DNA of 64,000 bases from Bacteroidota bacterium (GTDB lineage Bacteria > Bacteroidota > Bacteroidia > Bacteroidales > VadinHA17). Below are positions 19,703-31,249 of this stretch, piece by piece. The first letter of the stretch is position 1. Every line of letters begins with the position of its first letter. The position numbers were made by a program, and so were the translations under genes. Where the stretch lies: contig JADFDS010000006.1 of NCBI GenBank assembly GCA_018262715.1, positions 7,648 through 71,647 on the forward strand, given 5' to 3'. The notes under the pieces are model-generated. The model ran no database searches, was not told the DNA's origin, and saw only the letters and a list, made by a program, of their open reading frames with translations.

Positions 19703-20280
19703 TCGATTATATTACCGGCACTGTGACCGAGCTCAATCCTGCCTTTGCAGTGGTTGAGTGCAACGGCATAGGCTACGGCATTAATATTTCCCTGAATACT
19801 TTTTCTGCCCTCGAAAAGGATACCTCCTGCAGGATCCTGATCCATGAGGCGATCCGCGAAGATGCCCATCTCCTGTACGGTTTTGCAACGGCAGATGAGC
19901 GTGACCTGTTCAGGCAGCTCATAACCGTCAGCGGAGTAGGAGCGGGGACAGCGAGAATGATGCTTTCGTCGGTGACTCCTTCTGACCTGAGGGAGGCAAT
20001 AATCAGTGGCAATGTGGCCATTCTCAAGGGTGTCAAGGGAATAGGCCTGAAGACCGCACAGAGGATAATTGTTGACCTGAAAGACAAAATCGGAAAACAT
20101 GCTGTTTCGGGCGAAATTCTTGCATTTTCCGACAATACTGCACGCGAAGAAGCGTTATCTGCTTTAGTGATGCTTGGATTTGCCAGGAGCAGCGTCTTGA
20201 AGGTTATTGATAACATCCTCAGGGAAAACAAAAAACTCCAGGTGGAAGAGATAGTCAGGAAGGCGCTGAAACTGTTATAA
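19699..20280 (+). CDS. ruvA: Holliday junction branch migration protein RuvA
   Basis: IRED...LYGF, SGVG, KGIG.KTAQRIIVDLK. Confidence 0.97.
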   Translation: MIDYITGTVTELNPAFAVVECNGIGYGINISLNTFSALEKDTSCRILIHEAIREDAHLLYGFATADERDLFRQLITVSGVGAGTARMMLSSVTPSDLREAIISGNVAILKGVKGIGLKTAQRIIVDLKDKIGKHAVSGEILAFSDNTAREEALSALVMLGFARSSVLKVIDNILRENKKLQVEEIVRKALKLL

Positions 20281-20293
20281 ACAGGGTGCCGGA

Positions 20294-23200
20294 TTGCAGT
20301 TTTCTACACATATTAGAGGTCTTTTGATCAGGGTGGGGCTATTGATTCTCCTCTCCCTTTCTTCGTTTGTCATAAAGGCACAGACCAATCCCGGCGATTC
20401 TCTCCTCAGGCTGAACCGTGATCCGGCATTCCCGTGGGAGGCAAAAAAGTCATCACCGCTCTTCCTCCGCAACCCCTCCAACATCACCACCCGCGTCGAA
20501 TATGACGGCCGAAACAACCAGTACATCATCTACCAGAAGGCAGGCGCCCTCGACTTCCGCAAGCCGGTATACATGTCTGCAGAAGAGTACCGCAGGTTTG
20601 AATTCAACCAGGCTATGCGTGAGTACTGGGATGCCAGCCTGCGGGGCGACGCAACCGGCTACAGGTCGTCTCTCATCCCGCAGATAGAGGTCGGCGGGGA
20701 GACTTTTGACCGCATCTTCGGCAGCAACATCATCAACATCGTCCCGCAGGGATCGGCAGAACTGATATTCGGCATCAACATTTCACATACAGAGAATCCC
20801 ACCCTCTCCGAAAGGCTGAGAACCATTCCGACATTTGACTTCCAGGAAAAGATCCAGATGAATGTCACCGGCACCATTGGCGACAAGATGCAACTGGGGA
20901 TCAATTACAATACGGAAGCAATGTTCGAGTTTGAAAACCGGACCAAGCTTGAATACTCCGGCAAGGAGGATGAGATCATCAAGAAGATCGAAGCGGGTGA
21001 TGTAACCCTTCCGCTCAACGGCACCCTGATCACCGGAAGCTACAGCCTCTTCGGCCTCAAGACCGAGCTGCAGTTTGGAAAGCTGACGATGACCACAGTC
21101 TTTTCACAGCAGAAGGGTGAGTCGTCGGTGGTGGAGGTGAAAGGGGGCTCACAGATAAGCGACTACGAGATTACTGCTGACAATTACGAAGCCAACCGTC
21201 ACTTTTTCCTCTCGCAGGAGTTCAGGGAGAATTTTGACGGGGCGCTTTCCAATCTTCCGATAGTCAGCACCGGCCTTAACATTGAGAAGATCGAGGTCTG
21301 GATAACCAACCAGACCAGCCGTTTTGAGGATGTCAGCAACAGGAACATCATCGCCTTCCTTGACCTTGCAGAGAACCAGGCAAATATCTACAATACAGTC
21401 CCTGCGTTCCAGGGGACTCCCGGTGCACCGGTCAATCCCTCCAACAACACCAACGGTCTCTATGAACAGCTGAACACCACATACGGTAATGTGAGGAACA
21501 TTGACCAGGTTGCTGACGCTTTTGCCGGGTTATACCCCGGATTCCAGATAGGCCGTGACTACGAGAAGATAGAGAACGCACGCAAACTGACGGAACGCGA
21601 ATATACGGTAAACCGGCAGTTGGGTTATATCTCACTTAACGTGGCGCTTAACAATGATGAAGTTCTTGCGGTAGCTTACGAGTACACCCTGAACGGTCAG
21701 GTATTCAAGGTAGGCGAGTTCTCGACAGACGGTATCACTGCGCCTGACGCCCTCATCCTCAAGCTCATAAAAGGCACCGCCCTGAGTCCGCAGATACCCA
21801 CCTGGAGGCTGATGATGAAGAACATCTACAACATCGGCTCAGGGAGGATCGAACCAAAAAATTTCGAGGTTAACATCCTCTACCAGGATGACAAGACGGG
21901 CAATGCCCTGAACTACCTGCCCGGAACCCCGCTGGATGGCCAGGTATTGCTTCAGGCTCTCGGGCTTGACCAGCTCAACTCCCAGCTTGACCGGCAGCCT
22001 GACGGCCTGTTCGACTTTGTTGACGGCATAACGGTGATGGCTGAAAAGGGGAGGATAATCTTTCCCGTGCTTGAGCCGTTCGGCAGGCACCTGCTGAAGT
22101 ATATCACTGATCCGGAACAGATCAGGAAGTATGTCTTCACCGAACTGTATGACTCCACCCAGACGGTAGCAAGACAGATGGCCGAGAAGAACAAGTACGT
22201 CCTCAGCGGCCAGTTCACATCCGCATCGGGCTCAGAAATAAGGCTTAACGTAGCCAATATTCCGGCCGGCTCTGTCAAGGTTACAGCAGGCGGGGTCACG
22301 CTTACTGAAAACGTTGACTACACGGTTGACTACAACATGGGTTCGGTCAAGATCATCAACTCTGCAATCATCGAGTCTCAGACACCGGTCCAGGTATCAC
22401 TTGAAAGCAACCAGTTCTTCGGCCTGCAGACCAAAACGCTTGTCGGGACCCACCTCAATTACCGTCTCTCCGACAGGTTCAATCTTGGCGGAACGGTGCT
22501 GAGGCTCACCGAGAGGCCTTACACACAGAAGGTCACATATGGAGATGACCCGATCTCCAACACCATCTACGGTTTTGACGCATCATACCGGTCTGAGTCA
22601 CAGCTTTTGACCAATGCCATCGACTGGCTCCCGTTCATTGAAACGAACGCTCCCTCATCCATAAACTTCTTTGGTGAGTTTGCGCATCTCATACCAGGGC
22701 ACAGCAGGGCAATCACATCAGAGGGAGCTGTTTACATTGATGACTTTGAGGCAAGCGAGATTTCACTTGACCTCAGGGCATTCAATGCATGGTCACTGGC
22801 CAGCGTACCCCAGGGCCTCGATCATTTCTTCCCTGAAGCAAGGCTGAGCAAGGACATCCGTTCCGGATTCAACAGGGCAAGGATGGCGTGGTATGTCATT
22901 GATCCCCTCTTCCTGCGCAACGGTTCAACCACCCCCGGGCATATCCGCTCTAATCCTGACACCCAGTCGAGCCACTTCGTGAGAGAGATCTACGAGACCG
23001 AGATTTTCCCCTACAAGGAGTCTCCCAGCGGCATTCCCACCAACATCTCGGTGCTGAACGTGGCATTTTATCCGGATGAGCGCGGGCCGTACAACTTCGA
23101 TGTGCTGCCCGGGGCATATTCGGCAGGGCTCAGCTCCGACGGGCTGCTGAACTCACCGCGCACGCGCTGGGGAGGGATGATGCGCGAGCTGCTGACAAAT

Positions 23201-26200
23201 GACTTCGAGTCGGCAAACATCCAGTACATCAAGTTCTGGGTAATGGATCCGTTCGTTGAGAATCCTGACCATGAAGGTGGTGATCTTTACTTCAATCTGG
23301 GTAACATTTCCGAGGATATTCTTCGCGATTCGCGGAAGCAGTTTGAAAACGGGCTTCCCACCTCGCCGCTGGTGCTGAATGTTGACACCACCGTATGGGG
23401 AAGGGTTCCCACTGTTCAGGCCGTGGTGCACGCCTTTGACAACAACATCGAGTCACGCCGCTACCAGGATGTCGGTCTTGACGGACTTGGCAACCAGGAT
23501 GAGATTTCATTCTTTGACAGTTACCTGCAGGCCGTAGGGGCGGTTGTGAGTCCCGAGGTACTGGACAAAATTTTTGAAGATCCGGCAAATGATGACTTTC
23601 ACTATTTCAGGGGATCTGACTATGACCTGCTGCAGCTTGGCATCCTTGAACGGTATAAGAAATTCAACGGCACCGAGAGTAACTCCCCCACATCGGAGAT
23701 GTCAAACGAGTCATATCCCACCAGCGGGTCTACCCTGCCTGACATGGAGGATATCAACCGTGACAACACCCTCAGCGAGACTGAGAGCTACTATCAGTAT
23801 CACGTGAGCCTGAGGCCTGCGGATATGGTTGTGGGCAGGAATTTCATCGTTGATGAGCTTGAATACAATGCCACCTTCGCCAACGGCGAAAAATCACCCG
23901 TCAAATGGTACCAGTTCAAGATCCCGATCACCGACTATGAAAGGATCGTAGGCTCGATACGCGACTTCAAGTCGATCAGGTTCCTCCGGATGTACATGCG
24001 TAATTTCGATGAGCAGGTGATCATGCGGTTTGCACGGCTGGAGCTTGTCAGGTCAGAATGGCGCAAATACAACCTCACATTCTTCGAGGGTGGTGAGCGC
24101 ATCACTGTTCCCGAAGAGGATGACGGTACTTTTGAGATCAGCTCGGTAAGCATTGAGGAGAATGCCGGCAAGGAGCCGGTGAACTATGTCCTGCCTCCCG
24201 GCTTTGACCGTGTCATTGACCCGGCCAATCCTCAGCTGAGGCAGCTTAATGAGCAGTCTATGGTTCTTCGCGTTCGTGAGCTGTCCGACGGTGATGCCAG
24301 GGCAACATATAAGAACGTCACACTGGATATGAGACAGTACCGCAGGCTTAAGATGGAGGTGCATGCCGAGGCGCTCATCGGCGAACCGCTTCACGATGAC
24401 GAGGTGACTGTTTTTGTAAGGCTGGGGTCTGACTACAGGAGCAACTTTTATGAGTACGAAATCCCGGTGAAGCTTACTCCGTATGGCAGATACAACAATG
24501 ACAGTGAGGAGCAGAGGGCGGTGGTCTGGCCCGAGTTGAACAAGATAGACATTGACCTGTCGCAGCTGCTTGATGCCAAACAGTCGCGTGATGCGGCCAT
24601 GCGCGTTCCGGGTTCAGCTGTGAGCGAGGCTGACATCTGGTCAGTGCAGGACGGAAGGGCCCGCATTTCAGTCAGTGGCAGTCCCAACCTCAGTAATGTA
24701 AGGGTTGTGATGGTTGGTGTGAGGAACCCCATCCGCACGCGTCGTCCGCAAACTGATGATGGTGCCCCGAGATCGGCAGAGGTATGGATCAACGAACTTC
24801 GCCTGAGCGATTTCCGCGAAGATGGCGGCTGGGCTGCCAATGCACAGATGCAGGCCAGGCTGGCTGACCTCGGAACAATTAACCTCGTGGGTCAGACAAG
24901 CACACCCGGATGGGGAAGCATTGACAAGAACGTCAACCAGCGAAGCATGGAGCAGGTGATACAGTATGACCTCTCCTCCAACCTTGAGCTTGGCAAGTTC
25001 TTCCCTGAGAAGGCAGGCATCCGCATTCCGGTTTACATGGGCTATTCGGAGAACCGCATCAGACCGCAGTATGACCCGCTCGATCCTGACATATTGCTCA
25101 ATGACGCTCTTGATAACCTCGAGTCGAAGGAAGAGCGTGACAGTGTTCTCAACCTGTCAGAAGAGTATTCGCGTCGCCGCACACTCACCGTCAGCAATGC
25201 AGGTACCACAAAGAGAGGTGAGAAGCCACATGCCTGGGATCCGGCCAACGTCACCGTAAGCTATGCATTCAATGAAGTGTACAACACTGATCCGAGGACT
25301 GAGGTTGACGTGGAGCGAACCTACAGGGGTGGCATTGCTTATGACTTCGAGGCACGACCGAAAAACTTCACCCCGTTCCAGAAATCGAGCCTGTTCAGCT
25401 CTTCGGCCTTCAGGCTCATCAAGGATTTCAACATCTATCTCTTTCCGAAGCACATCACCGTGCGTACGGATCTCTACAGGTACTATAACGAGGTCAAGAC
25501 ACGCAACATAAATAATCCCAATCTGCTCATCGAGCCGGTGTTCACAAAGGATTTTCAGTGGAACCGTTTCTACGATGTCAAGTATGATATCACGAAGCAG
25601 CTAAAGGTCGATTTCACCGCCAGCAGCATAGCCCGCATTGACGAGCCTGCCGGAGGTGTTGACCGAAGGCGTTATCCCGAGCTCTTCGATGCATGGCGTG
25701 ATTCCATAATGACCAACCTGGCCGACTTCGGGCGCACCACCAGTTATTACCATCTGCTGAACCTGAACTACAACATTCCCGTTAACAAGCTGCCGCTGCT
25801 CTCATGGGTGACGTCAAATGCACGTTACAGCGCCAGGTATGACTGGCTGGCCGGCACCATTTTCCCCGATTCCCTGAATATCAATCCGGGCAACACCATC
25901 AAGAACTCCAACAACGGTCAGTTCACATTGCAGGCCAATCTCACCAACCTTTACAGCAAGGTCAAATTCCTGAAGGAGGTGGAGGCTTCCACGCAGCCCG
26001 GCGCCGTACGCCGAATGAGTCTTGGCTACGAGGAGGTGACCCACAGCCGCAGGGGACTCAACTTCAAAGCAGGCAGGCCGCGCATCATTAACCATAACCT
26101 AAAAACGAAGGATGTGACTGTCACCGTCACCGCACCGGATGGCACCGTTGTCAGCGGAAAATTTGATGTTGTCTCAGATGTGCGCATCGACTTCACTGCC

Positions 26201-27700
26201 GACGCTGACGTGACAAATGCCAGTGTTGACATCAAGGGCAGGGTGGAAAAGAAACCCGGAATAGCCAGCGTTGCGGGCAAGTACGTGGTACGGGGGCTGA
26301 TGGCATTGCGGAATGTCTCGGCCACATATACTGTTGAACAGGGCCACATTCTCCCGGGATACCTTCCCGGCACCACTCTTCTCGGGCAGCAGAACTACGG
26401 AGGCATGTCATCTCCGGGCTGGCGGTTCCTGGTGGGCCTGACAGACGAGCGGTTCTTTGATGAGGCAGTTGTCAACGGATGGATCACCACCGACACCCTC
26501 CTCAACAACGCAGCTGCCTTCAGCAAACGCGAACAGATCAACATGAGGGCGAATGTGGAGCCATTTCCGGGTCTTCGGATAGACATCACCGGTGACCGCC
26601 GCTACTCAGAGACTGTGTCATCATATCTCCGGGCAGACCGCAACGGCAATTTCCCTGACAGCACCCGTAACACCCGCATCACCGGCAACTTTACAATCTC
26701 AGTGGTATCATGGGGCACCGCCTTTGAGAAGATTCCCAAGTCAGGCGACTATGTTTCAGGCACCTTCGAGCGGTTCCGCGGGTATACCACCCTAATATCA
26801 CAGAGGAGAGCTGATGAGCGTTTACGGGTCGACAACTCATATGATCCCGGATTCGACCCTGTTACCGGGGAGCCGGTCACAGGTCCGTACGCCAGCGGTT
26901 ACGGTCTCACCTCGGCCGAGGTGCTTGTACCGGCCTTCCTTGCAGCATACACAAAAAGAGACCCTGACAAGATATCATTGTCACCCTTCCCATCCATGCT
27001 GCGCATGATGCCCAACTGGAGAATCAACTTCGAGGGACTCACCAAGTTCGAGGCGGTAAGAAAGGTATTCAACTCTGTCAGTCTTTCACACCAGTACAGG
27101 TCGACATATACCATCGGCTCCTTCAACACCAGCCTTTACTATGACCCTGATGAGACGGGCATCAGCCGGATACGCGACCTGAAGTCGAACTTCATTCCAC
27201 AGTACGAGATAAATACAGTGACCATCAATGAGCAGTTCAGTCCGTTCCTTAACATTGACCTTGGCTGGAAAAACTCGCTGACCACGAGGATCGAGTACCG
27301 CAAGTCGCGCACTGTCACACTGAACCTCACCAGCAACCAGGTTGCCGATATCAGGAATGACGAGATCACGATCGGTGCCGGTTACCGGTTTGACGATGTG
27401 GCCATCACGCTTCGTTCACGCACGGGTCAGCGGGCGCTGGAGAGTGATCTTAACATCAAGCTCGATTTCTCAATCAGGGACAACAAGACCCTTGCCCGCA
27501 AGCTGATTGAGGAGGTGAACCAGCCGGTGGCAGGGCAGAGGGTCTTCACCCTGGGCGCCACGGCTGACTATGTCCTCAGCGACAGGTTCAACCTGCAGAT
27601 TTACGCTGACCACACGATGAATGACCCGTTTGTGGCCAACACCTTCCTGACCTCAAATACGAACTTCGGATTCAGCCTCAGATTCACCCTTGTTCAGTAA
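20294..27700 (+). CDS. sprA: T9SS outer-membrane translocon SprA/Sov
   Basis: ~2460 aa; YEANRHFFL, IEVWITN, YIDDFE, LPDMEDINRDNTL, WINELRL motifs; ruvA-sprA-gcvH order; exact start uncertain. Confidence 0.93.
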   Translation: MQFSTHIRGLLIRVGLLILLSLSSFVIKAQTNPGDSLLRLNRDPAFPWEAKKSSPLFLRNPSNITTRVEYDGRNNQYIIYQKAGALDFRKPVYMSAEEYRRFEFNQAMREYWDASLRGDATGYRSSLIPQIEVGGETFDRIFGSNIINIVPQGSAELIFGINISHTENPTLSERLRTIPTFDFQEKIQMNVTGTIGDKMQLGINYNTEAMFEFENRTKLEYSGKEDEIIKKIEAGDVTLPLNGTLITGSYSLFGLKTELQFGKLTMTTVFSQQKGESSVVEVKGGSQISDYEITADNYEANRHFFLSQEFRENFDGALSNLPIVSTGLNIEKIEVWITNQTSRFEDVSNRNIIAFLDLAENQANIYNTVPAFQGTPGAPVNPSNNTNGLYEQLNTTYGNVRNIDQVADAFAGLYPGFQIGRDYEKIENARKLTEREYTVNRQLGYISLNVALNNDEVLAVAYEYTLNGQVFKVGEFSTDGITAPDALILKLIKGTALSPQIPTWRLMMKNIYNIGSGRIEPKNFEVNILYQDDKTGNALNYLPGTPLDGQVLLQALGLDQLNSQLDRQPDGLFDFVDGITVMAEKGRIIFPVLEPFGRHLLKYITDPEQIRKYVFTELYDSTQTVARQMAEKNKYVLSGQFTSASGSEIRLNVANIPAGSVKVTAGGVTLTENVDYTVDYNMGSVKIINSAIIESQTPVQVSLESNQFFGLQTKTLVGTHLNYRLSDRFNLGGTVLRLTERPYTQKVTYGDDPISNTIYGFDASYRSESQLLTNAIDWLPFIETNAPSSINFFGEFAHLIPGHSRAITSEGAVYIDDFEASEISLDLRAFNAWSLASVPQGLDHFFPEARLSKDIRSGFNRARMAWYVIDPLFLRNGSTTPGHIRSNPDTQSSHFVREIYETEIFPYKESPSGIPTNISVLNVAFYPDERGPYNFDVLPGAYSAGLSSDGLLNSPRTRWGGMMRELLTNDFESANIQYIKFWVMDPFVENPDHEGGDLYFNLGNISEDILRDSRKQFENGLPTSPLVLNVDTTVWGRVPTVQAVVHAFDNNIESRRYQDVGLDGLGNQDEISFFDSYLQAVGAVVSPEVLDKIFEDPANDDFHYFRGSDYDLLQLGILERYKKFNGTESNSPTSEMSNESYPTSGSTLPDMEDINRDNTLSETESYYQYHVSLRPADMVVGRNFIVDELEYNATFANGEKSPVKWYQFKIPITDYERIVGSIRDFKSIRFLRMYMRNFDEQVIMRFARLELVRSEWRKYNLTFFEGGERITVPEEDDGTFEISSVSIEENAGKEPVNYVLPPGFDRVIDPANPQLRQLNEQSMVLRVRELSDGDARATYKNVTLDMRQYRRLKMEVHAEALIGEPLHDDEVTVFVRLGSDYRSNFYEYEIPVKLTPYGRYNNDSEEQRAVVWPELNKIDIDLSQLLDAKQSRDAAMRVPGSAVSEADIWSVQDGRARISVSGSPNLSNVRVVMVGVRNPIRTRRPQTDDGAPRSAEVWINELRLSDFREDGGWAANAQMQARLADLGTINLVGQTSTPGWGSIDKNVNQRSMEQVIQYDLSSNLELGKFFPEKAGIRIPVYMGYSENRIRPQYDPLDPDILLNDALDNLESKEERDSVLNLSEEYSRRRTLTVSNAGTTKRGEKPHAWDPANVTVSYAFNEVYNTDPRTEVDVERTYRGGIAYDFEARPKNFTPFQKSSLFSSSAFRLIKDFNIYLFPKHITVRTDLYRYYNEVKTRNINNPNLLIEPVFTKDFQWNRFYDVKYDITKQLKVDFTASSIARIDEPAGGVDRRRYPELFDAWRDSIMTNLADFGRTTSYYHLLNLNYNIPVNKLPLLSWVTSNARYSARYDWLAGTIFPDSLNINPGNTIKNSNNGQFTLQANLTNLYSKVKFLKEVEASTQPGAVRRMSLGYEEVTHSRRGLNFKAGRPRIINHNLKTKDVTVTVTAPDGTVVSGKFDVVSDVRIDFTADADVTNASVDIKGRVEKKPGIASVAGKYVVRGLMALRNVSATYTVEQGHILPGYLPGTTLLGQQNYGGMSSPGWRFLVGLTDERFFDEAVVNGWITTDTLLNNAAAFSKREQINMRANVEPFPGLRIDITGDRRYSETVSSYLRADRNGNFPDSTRNTRITGNFTISVVSWGTAFEKIPKSGDYVSGTFERFRGYTTLISQRRADERLRVDNSYDPGFDPVTGEPVTGPYASGYGLTSAEVLVPAFLAAYTKRDPDKISLSPFPSMLRMMPNWRINFEGLTKFEAVRKVFNSVSLSHQYRSTYTIGSFNTSLYYDPDETGISRIRDLKSNFIPQYEINTVTINEQFSPFLNIDLGWKNSLTTRIEYRKSRTVTLNLTSNQVADIRNDEITIGAGYRFDDVAITLRSRTGQRALESDLNIKLDFSIRDNKTLARKLIEEVNQPVAGQRVFTLGATADYVLSDRFNLQIYADHTMNDPFVANTFLTSNTNFGFSLRFTLVQ

Positions 27701-27812
27701 CAACCGTGGTGAGACCGAAAAAAAGCCTATATCAGGGTTTTAATATTAAAAAAGATGTATTTTTGACAACCTGATACCTGAAGATCAAAGTCTAACAAAA
27801 AATAATAAAGAA

Positions 27813-28193
27813 ATGAATGTCCCGACAAACCTGAAGTACACCAAGGATCATGAGTGGGTTCTTATAAAAGGAAACGAAGCAACTGTAGGCATTACCGATT
27901 TTGCTCAGCATGAGCTGGGTGATATTGTTTTCATTGAGATTGAGACCGTGGGTGAAGAGCTTGGCCATGGCGAGGTTTTCGGAACGGTTGAGGCAGTCAA
28001 GACCGTGTCAGACCTTTTTATGCCTGTCAGCGGTACCGTAAAGGAGAAGAACGAGGAGCTTGACACAACTGCCGAGCTTGTGAACAGTGATCCTTATGGC
28101 AAGGGATGGATGATCAGGGTAGAACTTTCAGATCCGTCAGAGATTGATGCCCTTCTCGATGCCGAGGCATACAAGAAGCTTATAGGAGCTTAA
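27813..28193 (+). CDS. gcvH: Glycine cleavage system H protein
   Basis: [28 protein letters not shown] lipoyl-Lys, NSDPYG.GW. Confidence 0.97.
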   Translation: MNVPTNLKYTKDHEWVLIKGNEATVGITDFAQHELGDIVFIEIETVGEELGHGEVFGTVEAVKTVSDLFMPVSGTVKEKNEELDTTAELVNSDPYGKGWMIRVELSDPSEIDALLDAEAYKKLIGA

Positions 28194-28211
28194 ATATCAA
28201 CGCAATAAAAT

Positions 28212-28243
28212 AAAAAAAGCTGCGGTGACGCAGCCTTTTTTTT
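28212..28243. terminator. Bidirectional terminator between gcvH and infB
   Basis: A-run, GCTGCG-GTGA-CGCAGC, T-run. Confidence 0.8.
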
Positions 28244-28272
28244 CGCAAATCGCAAATCGCAAATCGCAAATC
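28243..28272 (+). repeat. (TCGCAAA)x4 heptamer repeat
   Basis: Four exact copies abutting the infB stop codon. Confidence 0.9.
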
Positions 28273-31191
28273 CTAAAGTGTTTTCTTGACCTGTACGGTC
28301 TGGTACCCTTCAATGACGTCACCGACCTTGATGTCATTGAAGTTGTCAATGTTGAGGCCGCACTCGTAGCCCGAGGTCACTTCCCTGACGTCATCCTTGA
28401 ACCGTTTCAGTGACCCGAGGTCGCCGGTATAGATTACAATACCGTCACGAATCACCCTCACCCTGGTGTTGCGGGTAATCTTTCCGTCACGCACGAAGCA
28501 GCCGGCGACAGTTCCCACCTTTCCGATTCTGAAGACCTCGCGCACCTCCACGGTGGCCACGATCTCTTCCTTGATCTCCGGTGAAAGCATCCCCTCCATG
28601 GCGGCTCTGATCTCCTCGATGGCATCGTAGATGATCGAATAGAGGCGGATATCGATTCCCTCCTTCTCGGCAAGCTTCCTTGCGCTGAGCGAAGGCCTCA
28701 CCTGGAAGCCCACAACAACGGCATTCGATGCTGCGGCAAGCAGGATATCCGATTCTGAAATCTGTCCCACGGCCTTGTGGATGATATTGACCTGGATCTC
28801 TTCCGTCGAAAGTTTTATGAGTGAATCGCTGAGAGCTTCCACTGATCCGTCGACGTCGCCCTTGACAATGATATTGAGTTCCTGGAAGTTGCCGATGGCA
28901 ATACGGCGGCCGATCTCGTCGAGGGTGATGTGCTTCTGGGTACGCAGACCCTGTTCCCTCTGCAACTGGGCCCTCTTGGTAGCAATATCCTTTGCTTCCT
29001 TGTCAGACTCCATGACATTGAACTTGTCACCTGCCTGGGGTGCGCCGTTGAGGCCCAGTATCAGTACCGGCATTGAGGGGCCGGCTTCGGTTATCTTCTG
29101 ATTGCGCTCGTTGTACATTGCCTTGACATGCCCGAAGCAGCTTCCGGCTATGACCACGTCACCTACATTCAGGGTGCCTGCCTTGACAAGCATCGTTGCC
29201 ACGAAGCCGCGCCCCTTGTCGAGTGACGACTCCAGCACGGTGCCTATGGCAAGTTTATCAGGATTGGCCTTGAGTTCAAGCATTTCAGCCTGGAGCAGGA
29301 TTTTCTCAAGGAGCAGGTCAATATTGATACCGCTCTTGGCTGAGATCTCCTGTGACTGGTATTTACCGCCCCACTCCTCAACAAGGAAGTTCATGTTGGC
29401 AAGCTCCTCGCGTATCCTGTCGGGGTTGGCTGTGGGCTTGTCTATCTTGTTGATGGCGAAGATTATGGGTACGCCTGCTGCGTGCGCGTGGTTTATTGCC
29501 TCGCGTGTCTGCGGCATCACTCCGTCATCAGCGGCCACAACGATGATAACAATATCAGTAATCTGGGCACCACGGGCACGCATGGCCGTAAATGCCTCGT
29601 GACCGGGGGTGTCAAGGAATGTTATGGTCTTTTCACCCTCAAGAGTGACGGTGTAGGCTCCGATATGCTGTGTTATGCCGCCAGCCTCACCGGCTACCAC
29701 GTTGGTGTTGCGGATATAGTCAAGCAGCTTGGTCTTGCCATGGTCAACGTGTCCCATCACAGTGACAATCGGGGGCCGCGGCTGGAGATTGGTTTCATCA
29801 TCTTCCTCCTCCTTCACTGCCTCCTGAAGCTCGGCGCTGACGAACTCGACTGTGAATCCGAACTCCTCGGCTACCAGCGCCATGGTCTCGGCGTCAAGCC
29901 TCTGGTTTATAGAGACAATAAGTCCGAGGCTCATGCAGGTGGAGATGATATCAACCACCGGAACGTCCATCATTGTTGCCATTTCGTTAACGGAAACGAA
30001 CTCGGTCACTTTGAGAACGCTCTTTTCGAGCTCTTTCTTTTCGGTCTCGTCCTTCATTCTCTGGCTGATGGCATCGCGCTTGTCACGGCGGTACTTGGCC
30101 ACCTTCGACTTGCTCTTGCTCATCAGGAGGTTGACGTCCCTGATATTCTTATCGACATCTTCCCTGTCAACTTCGGGCCTCAGGGCGCGGAACGACTTTT
30201 TCCTGTCGCCGCCGCGGTGGTCCTTCTGCGGTCCCTTCTTGTCTTTCCTGGCTTCCTGCTGGGGAGGAGCAACAGGGGTGTCAAGGGCCACTTTCTCACG
30301 TGGTTTGGGCTTGATCCTTTCCCTTTTCTTGTCATGCCTGTGCTTGTCAGCAGCTGACTGGTCACGGCTCTTCTTGACTTCAGGGACAAGCTCTATCTTG
30401 CCAACCATTTTGGGCCCGGCGAGTTTTTCGTATCCCGGACGGAATATCTCAGTTTCTTTTGGTTCCTGGGTTACCTGGGGTTCGGGCTCCGGCGCAGCCT
30501 TGACGGGCTCCGGTTCGGGCCGGGGTGCCGCAGGCTCCTGCTTCTTCACTTCAGGGGCAGCTTCTGTTTTCTTTCCGGCGGCCTTTTTAGACGGTTTCTC
30601 GGGTTTGACCAGTTTGTCGAGGTCTACCCTGCCCACTACCTTGGGTTGCCTGGGTTCGGCAGGTATTTCGGGCGTTTCGGCTGTGACAGGTGCTTCGGTC
30701 GTTGTTGTGACAGCCGGTTCCGGAGCATGAGCAGCAGCAGCAGGCGCTTTCTCAACAGGAGCTTCGGGCACCTTCTGCACCGGCCTGACGGGAGGAGTGA
30801 GGTCAACCTTGCCTACGGTCCTGATCTCAGGTTTGCGTATCTCGGTCCGGAGGTCAATATGCTTCTTAACCCCGGAAATGTCGGTGATAAGGAAATCCTC
30901 ATCAGGCTCACCGTTGTCGCCTTCCCTGCCTGACTCCATATCTTCAATGGAGAGAGACTTCTTTGGAGTAATCTTTTCCTTAAGAGCCAGTTTCTCGGCA
31001 TCCTTCTTGACACTGAGGTCGCTGCTGTATTCCTTGACTATCAGAGCGTAAGCCTCAGGCGGGATCTTTCCGTTGGGATCATGGGAGATGTCAAATCCCT
31101 TCTTGTGAAGGAACTCGACAATGGTCTGGATCCCGACATTGAACTCGCGGGCTGCCTTGCTTAAACGTATGGCCTTCTTGTCTTCAGTCAT
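28273..31191 (-). CDS. infB: Translation initiation factor IF-2
   Basis: GHVDHGKT, DTPGHEAF, NKID; rimP-nusA-infB order. Confidence 0.98.
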   Translation of the reverse strand: MTEDKKAIRLSKAAREFNVGIQTIVEFLHKKGFDISHDPNGKIPPEAYALIVKEYSSDLSVKKDAEKLALKEKITPKKSLSIEDMESGREGDNGEPDEDFLITDISGVKKHIDLRTEIRKPEIRTVGKVDLTPPVRPVQKVPEAPVEKAPAAAAHAPEPAVTTTTEAPVTAETPEIPAEPRQPKVVGRVDLDKLVKPEKPSKKAAGKKTEAAPEVKKQEPAAPRPEPEPVKAAPEPEPQVTQEPKETEIFRPGYEKLAGPKMVGKIELVPEVKKSRDQSAADKHRHDKKRERIKPKPREKVALDTPVAPPQQEARKDKKGPQKDHRGGDRKKSFRALRPEVDREDVDKNIRDVNLLMSKSKSKVAKYRRDKRDAISQRMKDETEKKELEKSVLKVTEFVSVNEMATMMDVPVVDIISTCMSLGLIVSINQRLDAETMALVAEEFGFTVEFVSAELQEAVKEEEDDETNLQPRPPIVTVMGHVDHGKTKLLDYIRNTNVVAGEAGGITQHIGAYTVTLEGEKTITFLDTPGHEAFTAMRARGAQITDIVIIVVAADDGVMPQTREAINHAHAAGVPIIFAINKIDKPTANPDRIREELANMNFLVEEWGGKYQSQEISAKSGINIDLLLEKILLQAEMLELKANPDKLAIGTVLESSLDKGRGFVATMLVKAGTLNVGDVVIAGSCFGHVKAMYNERNQKITEAGPSMPVLILGLNGAPQAGDKFNVMESDKEAKDIATKRAQLQREQGLRTQKHITLDEIGRRIAIGNFQELNIIVKGDVDGSVEALSDSLIKLSTEEIQVNIIHKAVGQISESDILLAAASNAVVVGFQVRPSLSARKLAEKEGIDIRLYSIIYDAIEEIRAAMEGMLSPEIKEEIVATVEVREVFRIGKVGTVAGCFVRDGKITRNTRVRVIRDGIVIYTGDLGSLKRFKDDVREVTSGYECGLNIDNFNDIKVGDVIEGYQTVQVKKTL

Positions 31192-31249
31192 ATATCCCTT
31201 TATAGTAACCTCTTTTTAAGTTAATATATTGTTGCCCTGAGGTTGCAGG

